Positions 1 to 7,998 of a DNA stretch of 12,395 nucleotides are shown one piece after another. The DNA is taken from NCBI GenBank assembly GCA_003133025.1, contig PKZK01000244.1, positions 3,206 to 15,600 on the forward strand. The letters run 5' to 3'. The DNA is from Vulcanimicrobiota bacterium (GTDB taxonomy: Bacteria; Vulcanimicrobiota; Vulcanimicrobiia; Vulcanimicrobiales; Vulcanimicrobiaceae). The position numbers were made by a program, and so were the translations under genes. The notes under the pieces are model-generated. The model made no database searches, was not told the DNA's origin, and saw nothing but the letters and a program-made list of their open reading frames with translations. The stretch's first letter is position 1; every line of letters starts with the position of its first letter.

Positions 1-2
1 TG

Positions 3-1346
3 CAGGGCGCAAAGGACGGAACGACGGCAACGGCCACCTTCAACGATCCGCGAGGCCTCACGCTCGCCCGCGACGGCACGCTCTTCGTGGCCGACTTCGG
101 CGTCGGCATCCGCTCGATCGCCGCGAACGGCGCCGTCGAGACGATGAAAATTCCGACGCAGTGGGTGCGCCAGATCTCGACGCTCGCGATTTACGAGAGC
201 GGCGCGGTGCGCATGCTGTACGCCGCGGGCAATGCGGGCTTCTTGCGCTACAACCTCGTCTTCAAGCGCCTCGACGGCGTGCGCTCCGCGTCGGATGTCG
301 AACGGCTGACCCCATTCGGCATCCTGCCCTTGAGCGAACAGACGGTGCTCGTCTCGAGCCCGCGCTGGCACGGCATCTACTTTCTGCACTTCGCCGGAAC
401 GTGGCGTCGCGTCGCGGGTCAGGGCGGCCAGGATCCGGCGTTACTCGGCGGCTTCGCCGACGGCGCTCCGGCCGACGCAAAGTTTTACGCGCCGATGGGT
501 TTGACCGCGGGGCCGAACGGCGAAGCGATCGTGGCCGATGCGGGCAACCGCAGGATCCGCAGCGTCCCGACCGTCGACCCGCGCTGGACGGCCAACTACG
601 GGTCGGGCACGCCGCCCAAGGAGCCGGACGTCTATCACGCCTTCTTCGTGAGCAACTCGTTTGCGTTCGAGAACGTGGTGTGGGCAGATTCCATTCCGGG
701 CCTCATCGAGAAACGCATCAATGCCGAGCGCGCGAAGCTGGGCCTGAGCAAACCGCTGAAGTTCGACGTGGGTTATTTCACCGCCGTGCCGCTCGCGCCC
801 CAGGCACAGTACATCGGCGAATCGCTCGCCGACGGCACGATCGATCTGGTGATCTGGAATCTCAACCCGCACTTCTTCCACGATAGCACGGGCGATTGGG
901 AAGTCGCGTTGCCGCAATTCACTCCCGAAGCTCGAGCCGGCTGGAAGGCCGCGGTCGATGCCGCCTACGCAAAGCTGAAGGCGAGCAACACCAAGCTGAT
1001 CCTCGTCGACGAGCCGCTCGGACAACATCTGGGGCCCGGGGAATCTTTTGCCTATCGCGACTATCTGTCGTACGACAAATCGGTGCGTCAAGGCTACGAC
1101 AAGTTCGGACAGTTGCCGCGCAAGCCCGGCTACGGCTACGACACCAACGTCGAGATGGAACGGTTCCTGGGCTCGCTCGGCATTCCGTACATCCCCACGC
1201 TGGAGCGATTCCTCGAGTACGAACGCGGCGCGCACTCACCGTTGTATTCGAATTACGACTTCCATTTCACGCCCGCCGGGGACGCGTTCTTGGCCGACAT
1301 CATCTCGACGTATCTCGAAAAGACGCGCCCGTGGAACGATCGCTGA
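3..1346 (+). CDS. NHL-repeat beta-propeller + SGNH/AlgX-like domain protein, paralog 1 (5' truncated)
   Basis: The frame is open from base 3 (QGAKDGTTATATFNDPRGLTLARDGTLFVADFG), so the track start at 87 is an internal Val. NHL blades: FNDPRGLTLARDGTLFVAD and FYAPMGLTAGPNGEAIVADAGNRRIR. The C-terminal domain has block I-like FFVSNSF (Ser codon 657-659) and block V-like YDFHFTPAGDAFLA (His codon 1263-1265). TGA 1344-1346 overlaps the next ATG. Confidence 0.85.
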   Translation, partial: QGAKDGTTATATFNDPRGLTLARDGTLFVADFGVGIRSIAANGAVETMKIPTQWVRQISTLAIYESGAVRMLYAAGNAGFLRYNLVFKRLDGVRSASDVERLTPFGILPLSEQTVLVSSPRWHGIYFLHFAGTWRRVAGQGGQDPALLGGFADGAPADAKFYAPMGLTAGPNGEAIVADAGNRRIRSVPTVDPRWTANYGSGTPPKEPDVYHAFFVSNSFAFENVVWADSIPGLIEKRINAERAKLGLSKPLKFDVGYFTAVPLAPQAQYIGESLADGTIDLVIWNLNPHFFHDSTGDWEVALPQFTPEARAGWKAAVDAAYAKLKASNTKLILVDEPLGQHLGPGESFAYRDYLSYDKSVRQGYDKFGQLPRKPGYGYDTNVEMERFLGSLGIPYIPTLERFLEYERGAHSPLYSNYDFHFTPAGDAFLADIISTYLEKTRPWNDR

Positions 1347-3154
1347 TGCGCGCCCTCGGCCTCGTTTTCTGCGCGACGCTCGGAGCGCAGGCGGCCGTTG
1401 CCGGCGTCGCATCGGCCGCCCCGTTTGCGGCCACGATGCAGCCCGACGCGCCGGTGCGCACGCTGGCCGGCAACGGCATCGCGGGCAACCTCGACGGCCC
1501 GCGCGGTCAAGCCGAATTCATGTTCCCGGTTGCGGTCGCGGTGGATAAGCGCACCGGCGACATCGTCGTCGCCGACCCGGGCGGCCAGCGCATCCGCAAG
1601 ATCGCACCCGACGGCCGCGTCTCGACGATAGCGGGCGGCGGCGAGCCGCTGCCCTCGGGCCTCGAGGTCGCGGGCGGTTATCTCGACGGCCCCGCGCTGA
1701 GCGCGCGTTTCAACCGGCCCACGGGCGTGGCCATCGGCGGCGACGGCGCGATTTACGTCGCCGACTCCTTCAACCATTGCATCCGCAAGATCGCCGGCGG
1801 CGTGGTCAGCACGTTTGCGGGCGATCCGAAAAACGCGGGCGGGTCCGACGGCGAACTCAAGGACGCAACCTTCCTCGAGCCTCGCTCGATTGCGATCGCT
1901 TCCGACGGCACCATCTACGTTGCCGATTACACCGTCGGCGTGCGCGTGATCACGCCCGCCGGCCTCGTCTGGTCGCTCGGCTTCACCGGCTCCGACCTCA
2001 CCGGCCTCTCGCTCTGGGAGGGCCCCGACTCTTCGGTCTTGTTTGCCGCGTCGAAGTTTTCGGTGGCGTACTACAGCTTCAAGGATCACGGCAGCAACGG
2101 GATGTTCTCTACGGCGCAACGCAGCTCGGGCATGGGCCCGACGGGCATCGTGGGCCTCGGACCGGACTCGGCCGCAATCTCGAGCGTCACCTGGCAAGGC
2201 GTCTTCTTCGCCAAATTCCCCGGCTCGTGGAGCCCCTACAACGGCTTCTCGCGCCTGATGGTCGGACCCGACGAAAAGGACTGGCAGCAGAAGGGCGGCT
2301 TCGCCGACGGCCCGGCGGCGGCGGCGCAAGTTTACGATCCGATGGGCATGGCGCTCGACGCGCACGGCGACATCGTCTTGGCCGACGCGGGCAACCGCCG
2401 CATCCGGCTGTTGCCCGCGCCGGATGCGCGCTGGGCCTACACGCGCGACGATACACTGCCGCCGAAGCCGGCCGGCGTCTACCGCATCGCGATCGTCGGC
2501 GATTACGGGATGTTCTACCATTCGATGGCCGACGATTCGATCGCCGCCGACTTGCAACGCCGGCTCGAGGCGGAGCGTGCGAAGAACGGCTTGGGCAATC
2601 GCCGCGTCGACGTCGTGACGATCAGTCTGAATTCGGGCGACGTGACCCAGCAAGCCGAATACATTCTGGATAAGCTCGAGAAGGGCAGCGTCGACGCGGT
2701 CGTGTGGTCGTTGGGACCGAGCGCCTACGACGGCTATCCGCACGGCGTCGGCCGGTATTTTGCGGACGAACCGTTCGTCGACGGCATCGTGAAGCACACG
2801 GCTGCGGCGCTCCAAGCGGCGGGAACGGCCCTGGTCGTCACGGTGCGGCCGGTGGCCTCGCAAGTCGCCCTCGACGAATCGACCTACACCACCTATCTCG
2901 GTCCGGGCGGCGGCATCGACGGGGGCCTCCAGAGCTTCTTCGAGGCCGAGCGTTACGTCGACGGTTTGGGCGTGCCGGCGGTGCCGTTCGCCCAACGGCT
3001 AGCCGACGCCGAGCGCGGGCCGCACGTGCCCTTCTTCGATACCGACTACGGGCAATTCACGCCGGCCGGTAACGAACTCTTTGCGCAAGCGCTCGCCGAC
3101 GGCCTGACCGGCCTGCATCCCTGGTCGAACGCGCCCGCACCGGCGGCTCGCTGA
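1346..3154 (+). CDS. Secreted NHL-repeat + SGNH-like domain protein, paralog 2 (602 aa, catalytic motifs degenerate)
   Basis: The start is moved from 896 to ATG 1346 because of the TGATG overlap with the upstream stop and a Sec-type signal peptide (MRALGLVFCATLGAQAAVAGVASA-A). NHL blades include FMFPVAVAVDKRTGDIVVADPGGQRIRKI, FNRPTGVAIGGDGAIYVADSFNHCIRKI, FLEPRSIAIASDGTIYVADY and VYDPMGMALDAHGDIVLADAGNRRIR. The C-terminal domain has IAIVGDY and DYGQFTPAGNELFA. Confidence 0.85.
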   Translation: MRALGLVFCATLGAQAAVAGVASAAPFAATMQPDAPVRTLAGNGIAGNLDGPRGQAEFMFPVAVAVDKRTGDIVVADPGGQRIRKIAPDGRVSTIAGGGEPLPSGLEVAGGYLDGPALSARFNRPTGVAIGGDGAIYVADSFNHCIRKIAGGVVSTFAGDPKNAGGSDGELKDATFLEPRSIAIASDGTIYVADYTVGVRVITPAGLVWSLGFTGSDLTGLSLWEGPDSSVLFAASKFSVAYYSFKDHGSNGMFSTAQRSSGMGPTGIVGLGPDSAAISSVTWQGVFFAKFPGSWSPYNGFSRLMVGPDEKDWQQKGGFADGPAAAAQVYDPMGMALDAHGDIVLADAGNRRIRLLPAPDARWAYTRDDTLPPKPAGVYRIAIVGDYGMFYHSMADDSIAADLQRRLEAERAKNGLGNRRVDVVTISLNSGDVTQQAEYILDKLEKGSVDAVVWSLGPSAYDGYPHGVGRYFADEPFVDGIVKHTAAALQAAGTALVVTVRPVASQVALDESTYTTYLGPGGGIDGGLQSFFEAERYVDGLGVPAVPFAQRLADAERGPHVPFFDTDYGQFTPAGNELFAQALADGLTGLHPWSNAPAPAAR

Positions 3155-3246
3155 AGATTTCGGCAGCCTTTTCGCTCACTCGCACTGCAGTGCAGGCCAA
3201 AACCCGCGGAGATGACCCGGCTGAAATGGACGCGAAGCGCTACGGT

Positions 3247-5085
3247 ATGAAGGCCCGAACCCTGTCCGTTCGTCTGGTTTGCCTGTTGTCGGCGATCGCT
3301 TTTTCCCTTGCCGGCTGTGCCCAGCACGGCTCGGACGACGCGACCGCAGGCACGATCGTAGCAGCCGGACCGACGGCTGCCCCGAGCGGACCCGACGAGG
3401 TCAAAACGGTCGCAGGCTCGGGATACCCGGGCATCGCCGACGGGCCGGCGAGTTCGGCGACGTTCCTGATGCCGTCGGGGCTGGCCCGCGGCAAGGACGG
3501 TACGCTCTACATCGCCGATGAGGCCGCGCAACGCATCCGGACGCTCTCACCCGGGGGCAGGGTCGGTACGCTCGCCGGGTCGGGTCCGGTGGAACCGCCC
3601 GGGCTCTCGGTCAAGGGCGGCTTTCTCGACGGGCCCGCCGGCTCGGCACGCTTCAACCGCCCCCAGGGCCTCGCCGTGGGTCCGGACGGCTCGCTGTATG
3701 TGGCCGACGAGCGCAACGCTTGCGTGCGCAGGATCGCGCACAACCAGGTAACGACCGTGGCCGGGGTCTGCGATCGGCGCGGCAACGAGGCCGGGCCCGA
3801 GGCGGGCCGGCTCAGCGACCCGCGCGCCTTGGCCTTCGACGATCGCGGCAACCTCTACATTGCCGACTACGGCGTGGGCGTCTTGCGGCTGGGTCGCGAC
3901 GGCCACCTCAACCGCGTCAAATTGACGACCGGCGAGAAACAGATCCTGGGGCTTTCGGTCGTGACCGACCCGGCGGGCGGCTCGACGCTCATCGCCTCGT
4001 CGCCGTCGATTTTCATCATTCAGCCGCTCAGCGGCGGCGTCGGCGCGGTCAGCAACATCCGTAACTACGCTGAGGGAAACCGGCCCTTCGGCGATCCGTA
4101 CCAATTCGTCCCGCGCAACGCGCGCGAGTTCTTCTTCAGCGACATCCGCTCCGATACGGTGCGTTATCTGCGCCTGCCGGCGCCGCCCTTCGTCACCACG
4201 GTCTTCACGCGCACGATTGCCGGGGGAACGGCCGAACGCCCCATCGACAACGCCGGTTTCCGCGACGGCACGCGCGAGGATTCGCGCTTCAACGCGCCCT
4301 CAGGCCTCGCACTCGACGGCAATACGCTCTACGTGGCCGACACCGGGAACCGGCGTATCCGGGCCATCGGTCTGCCGGCCACCCGGCTTTCCGAGACGGG
4401 TCTGGGCACCGGCATCAAGCCCGACTCGAACCACTACGAGATCGCCTACGTCGGCGCGTCGTGGGCCTTTTGGGACAGCCTGGGCGAGGATTCGTTCTGC
4501 GCGCACCTCGAAAAGTACATGAACGAGTCGCACAAATTCTCCAAGCCCGTCCGCTGTCACCCGATCCGGATCGACGCGGCCGGCCTGCCCCAGATGGAAG
4601 ACTACATCAAGAACGTGCTCGCCGACGAACGCTTCGACGAGATCCTGATCAACATGACGCCGGGCGCGGCCAACGCGATCTTCCCGAACAACGCCCCACC
4701 GTCGGCGGCGGCCGGAGCGGCGGGCCTCCGCGCGCACATCGAGTCGCTGCTCAAGGTGCTCGCGCCCGAACACACCAAGCTCGCCATCGCCTGGACGTTC
4801 GAACCCGACGACGTGTCGAACACCGAGAATCTGTACGAACGTCAGCAGAGCTCCAACGGCCATGCGCTGCCGGGCGAATTGATCAACTCGCTCCAAGATT
4901 TCAAGCTGGAGTACGACGGCGCGAAGGCTCTGCCGATCACCGAGTACGACGAATACGCCGACGCCATCGCGCACGCGAAGTCGTCGGACCCCGCGCCGCT
5001 CTACGGAACCGACGACAGTCACATGTCCGCGCGCGGCGAAGACTTCCTGGCCAAGCGCGTAGCCCGCGCGCTGAGCGGCTCGTAA
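3247..5085 (+). CDS. Lipoprotein with NHL repeats + SGNH/AlgX-like domain, paralog 3 (612 aa from ATG 3247)
   Basis: ATG 3247 gives a typical lipoprotein signal MKARTLSVRLVCLLSAIAFSLAG-C (lipobox LAGC, Cys24 at 3316-3318). ATG 3226 and GTG 3190 are in-frame alternatives. NHL blades: FLMPSGLARGKDGTLYIAD, FNRPQGLAVGPDGSLYVAD, LSDPRALAFDDRGNLYIAD and FNAPSGLALDGNTLYVADTGNRRIR. SGNH-like motifs are IAYVGASW (Ser 4459-4461) and TDDSHMSARGEDFLA (His 5020-5022). Confidence 0.85.
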   Translation: MKARTLSVRLVCLLSAIAFSLAGCAQHGSDDATAGTIVAAGPTAAPSGPDEVKTVAGSGYPGIADGPASSATFLMPSGLARGKDGTLYIADEAAQRIRTLSPGGRVGTLAGSGPVEPPGLSVKGGFLDGPAGSARFNRPQGLAVGPDGSLYVADERNACVRRIAHNQVTTVAGVCDRRGNEAGPEAGRLSDPRALAFDDRGNLYIADYGVGVLRLGRDGHLNRVKLTTGEKQILGLSVVTDPAGGSTLIASSPSIFIIQPLSGGVGAVSNIRNYAEGNRPFGDPYQFVPRNAREFFFSDIRSDTVRYLRLPAPPFVTTVFTRTIAGGTAERPIDNAGFRDGTREDSRFNAPSGLALDGNTLYVADTGNRRIRAIGLPATRLSETGLGTGIKPDSNHYEIAYVGASWAFWDSLGEDSFCAHLEKYMNESHKFSKPVRCHPIRIDAAGLPQMEDYIKNVLADERFDEILINMTPGAANAIFPNNAPPSAAAGAAGLRAHIESLLKVLAPEHTKLAIAWTFEPDDVSNTENLYERQQSSNGHALPGELINSLQDFKLEYDGAKALPITEYDEYADAIAHAKSSDPAPLYGTDDSHMSARGEDFLAKRVARALSGS

Positions 5086-5109
5086 CCCGATGAGGCCCGC
5101 CGCGTAGTC

Positions 5110-7998
5110 ATGCTCGCACTCTTGCTGCAATGCGCGATCTTCGCGCTCTTTGCGTTCGTGGGTTATGGGATCGCGGTCGCGCTCGTACCCGAACGCGACT
5201 CGCTGCGCAACGCGCTGCTCGCCCCCGTGCTCGGCGCCGCGGCCTTCACGATCCCGGCGGTATTGCTCAACCACCTCGGCTTACCGGTGAACGCATTCGC
5301 CTGGCCGCTCGCGATCGTGCTGAGCGCCTTCGCCGGGTATTCGCTCTACGTGCGGCGCGCAAAGTCCCGCGTGCCGTGGCGCGCGCTCGCTCCGTTCTTG
5401 ATCTTGCTCCCGTTCGCGTTCGCGCTGAGCTGCCGTCCGGCGCTCGAGTTCGGCACCAATTGGCTGAGCTTCAGCAACGAAGACATGATCAATTACGCAT
5501 CCGACGCGCAGCGTCTGCAGAGCTATGGCTTCTACGCGCAGCCCGCCGCGCTCGACGTGGCTGCGGGCCAACGCCTGAGCGAGGAAGGCTTCTGGTTCCA
5601 GGGCGTGATGGGCAACGAGCGGGTCGGCGTCGACACGCTGCTTTCGGTCGTGTCCTCGCTGGCCGGAATGCGCCCGTTCAACATCTTCATGCCGCTCATC
5701 GGCGCCGGCTATTTCATGCTGATCTGGGCGACCGCGGCGCTGGGCTTGGCGCGCGAGTTACGCGTGCGGCTCGCGCTGTGCATAGGGATCGCGATGGCGC
5801 TGTCGTCGTTGACCACGCTGGGCATGCTCTCGCAACTGCTGGGACAAATCTTCGGCCTGTCGGGCTGCGTCGGCGCGATCGCGCTCCTGGGCGAATCCGA
5901 CTCCGAAGCGGTGCGCGAGAATCCCGCCGGCCAAATCGGACTTCGCGTGCTCATCTCGGCGTTCGTGGTGGCGGCCTATCCGGAACTCTTTCCGTTCGTG
6001 CTCCTGGCCATGGTGCTCGAACATTTCGTCGTGCCCGTGCTGGAGCGGCGCAAGCCCGACTACATCGCAGGTTCGGCGGCGCTCGTCTCCTGCGGCCTCG
6101 CGTTCCTCGTGTTGTGGAACTACGGCCGCACGATGGCCCAGGTGATCGTCGACCGTTTCCACTCGGCCACCCTGCCCACGCACGACGTACTCTTCCCCTA
6201 CTTTTTGCTGCCCAGCGGCATCGCCAATCTGTGGGGACTGGTCAAGGTCGCCGACTATCCGGCCGATCCGTACATGTCGATCGCGATCGTCGTGGGCCTC
6301 GTGCTGCTCGTGCTCCAAATCGTCGCGGTGCTGATCGCGGCGCGACGCATTCACCCGGCGGCGTTGACGGCTCTCGTGATGCTCTTGCTCGGCGGATTCT
6401 TCTTCGTGCACCGCGACGATTTCGCACTCTTCAAAACGGCCATGTACATCCAGCCGTTCTTCGTCGCCAGCTTGGCGCTGGGCACCTACGGACTCTTGCG
6501 CATCCTGGGCCGGGAGCGCCCCGAGTGGGCGGCGGGTGCGGTGGCCGTGGCCTTCGCGCTGGTCGGCATCGGCGCGCAACAAGGGTACGTCGAATTCAGT
6601 CGCTCGGCGCCCGACGCCGACCGGTACACGTTCTCGCAACTGCCGATGGCCTCGCCGCGCAAGCTGCTCCAGGATCTCGACGCGGCCGCAAAGACCGTGG
6701 GCACCGATCCCGTGGCGATCGACGCATACGAACCCGAGTACGCGAAGCTCGCCGAGGCGTATTTCTCGGCGGCGCCGTTGACGACGCTTTCAGACGATTT
6801 CCTCAATCGCTTCCGCAGCGACGGTCCCATCTTCGGCGTGCCCGATGCCGAGACCGCGCACGAAGACGCGCAGATCGACGTGCAAGAGTTCCGCAATCGC
6901 GAACAGCTAGCGACGCTGGCCTTTCCGCCGATCGTCGCCGCCGACGGCTCGCCCAACCGTTTCCGCGAGCCGTGGATGCCCGCGGGCAAACCGAAATGGC
7001 TGCTCGAGATGGGCGCCGACGCCTCGATCCTCAACCGCTCGGGCGACGCGGAACCCGACAAACTGATCCAGTTGCGCCCCTGGAACAGCGTGCGCAATCA
7101 CCTCGTCTCGTTGCAGAGCGAACTCTTCGGGCTCGACGGCTGGAGCGGCGCGTGGCAAGACGGCTCGCCGGGCGGCAGCCCGACGCTGTACCGTCCCGAA
7201 CGCGACTTCTTCAAATCCGGGGTGGGCACGTTCGTGGGCCTGGGGCGGTATCAGGCCTTCGAAGCGGTCAATCCGAGCGGTCCCGTGCGGCTGGTGTTCT
7301 GGGCTTCGGCGACGCTCAAGAGCGAGGGCCGCAACAAGTTGCCGCCGGCTACGATTTACGCGGCGGAAAGCGTGCCGCTCGCAGGCGTCGGCAGCGGTTC
7401 GGAACGACTGGTGTCGGAAGCCTTCGAACCGGCCGACGTCCACGGGATTTCGGTCATCGGTTTGGATCTAGGCGAAAACGGCGTGCACTTCCGCAAGCCG
7501 CTCTCGGGGCTCATGAACTGGTTCAATCGCGACATCGCGATCGATCCGCGCGAGCTGGTCGTCTTCGGCCGCGACATCAGCTTGATTTCCGACGAGGACT
7601 TCCGCAGTTGGGAGCCGCCGTCTTGGATCACCGACCTCCCGACGGCGCTCGAGAATCCGCAGTTGGTCTTCTCGGGCATCTACGAAGACGGCGGTTGGGT
7701 CTCCGACGCGAGCGAACTCAACCTGCGCTCGCAGCCGGGCGCCAAACGCTTGCAGATCCAAGGGGAGATCCCGCGCCTCGGCTCGGACTCGTTCAAGACG
7801 ACCGCCACCGTCTCGGTCGACGGGACGCCCGTCATCGTGCAGAAACTCGGCGTCGGCGGATTTTCGCTCGAGACGAGCGCGCCGAGCGTTCCGGGCAACC
7901 ACAAGATCGGCATCACATTCTCGCCGGCGCAACACTTCCAAGCGCCCGACGGCCGCATCGTCGGCGCGCGCATCGACCAAATCGGCTTCCCGCCGTAA
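5110..7998 (+). CDS. Large polytopic membrane protein, putative GT-C-fold glycosyltransferase with C-terminal soluble beta-sandwich modules (962 aa)
   Basis: About the first 490 aa contain many hydrophobic segments, an early loop with acidic motif SNEDMINY, and a later YPE motif. The C-terminal half is hydrophilic and ends in a GIYEDGGWV...PDGRIVGARIDQIGF module. The CDS itself is secure; the GT-C function is inferred from topology and gene context. Confidence 0.6.
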   Translation: MLALLLQCAIFALFAFVGYGIAVALVPERDSLRNALLAPVLGAAAFTIPAVLLNHLGLPVNAFAWPLAIVLSAFAGYSLYVRRAKSRVPWRALAPFLILLPFAFALSCRPALEFGTNWLSFSNEDMINYASDAQRLQSYGFYAQPAALDVAAGQRLSEEGFWFQGVMGNERVGVDTLLSVVSSLAGMRPFNIFMPLIGAGYFMLIWATAALGLARELRVRLALCIGIAMALSSLTTLGMLSQLLGQIFGLSGCVGAIALLGESDSEAVRENPAGQIGLRVLISAFVVAAYPELFPFVLLAMVLEHFVVPVLERRKPDYIAGSAALVSCGLAFLVLWNYGRTMAQVIVDRFHSATLPTHDVLFPYFLLPSGIANLWGLVKVADYPADPYMSIAIVVGLVLLVLQIVAVLIAARRIHPAALTALVMLLLGGFFFVHRDDFALFKTAMYIQPFFVASLALGTYGLLRILGRERPEWAAGAVAVAFALVGIGAQQGYVEFSRSAPDADRYTFSQLPMASPRKLLQDLDAAAKTVGTDPVAIDAYEPEYAKLAEAYFSAAPLTTLSDDFLNRFRSDGPIFGVPDAETAHEDAQIDVQEFRNREQLATLAFPPIVAADGSPNRFREPWMPAGKPKWLLEMGADASILNRSGDAEPDKLIQLRPWNSVRNHLVSLQSELFGLDGWSGAWQDGSPGGSPTLYRPERDFFKSGVGTFVGLGRYQAFEAVNPSGPVRLVFWASATLKSEGRNKLPPATIYAAESVPLAGVGSGSERLVSEAFEPADVHGISVIGLDLGENGVHFRKPLSGLMNWFNRDIAIDPRELVVFGRDISLISDEDFRSWEPPSWITDLPTALENPQLVFSGIYEDGGWVSDASELNLRSQPGAKRLQIQGEIPRLGSDSFKTTATVSVDGTPVIVQKLGVGGFSLETSAPSVPGNHKIGITFSPAQHFQAPDGRIVGARIDQIGFPP

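Noticed and set aside
896..1345. N-terminal extension of the 752-aa ORF
   Set aside because: It overlaps paralog 1 in another frame and is low-complexity Arg-rich. The signal peptide begins at 1346.
1346..3154. Paralog 2 as a pseudogene
   Set aside because: There is no frameshift or internal stop, and the signal peptide, propeller and fold motifs are intact. Only the presumed catalytic residues differ.
3155..3180. Possible intrinsic terminator (ggcagcc followed by tttt)
   Set aside because: The stem is too short and the T-run has only four bases.
3..4380. NHL/'DG...A.F..P.G' repeats as a sign of a Teneurin/RHS toxin, or as a DNA repeat array
   Set aside because: There are no YD repeats, RHS core or immunity gene. 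The repeats are degenerate protein-level blades, not CRISPR-like or tandem DNA repeats.
5090..5107. Mini-ORF ATG AGG CCC GCC GCG TAG (MRPAA*) between genes 3 and 4
   Set aside because: It is too short to distinguish from chance, and there is no evidence for a leader-peptide role.
5130..7997. N-terminal ~956 aa of the 1333-aa ORF 5130..9131
   Set aside because: It is an Arg/Ala-rich off-frame shadow of the 962-aa membrane protein gene, typical of GC-rich DNA. Only the part from ATG 7998 is protein-like. There is no evidence for a fusion or frameshift.
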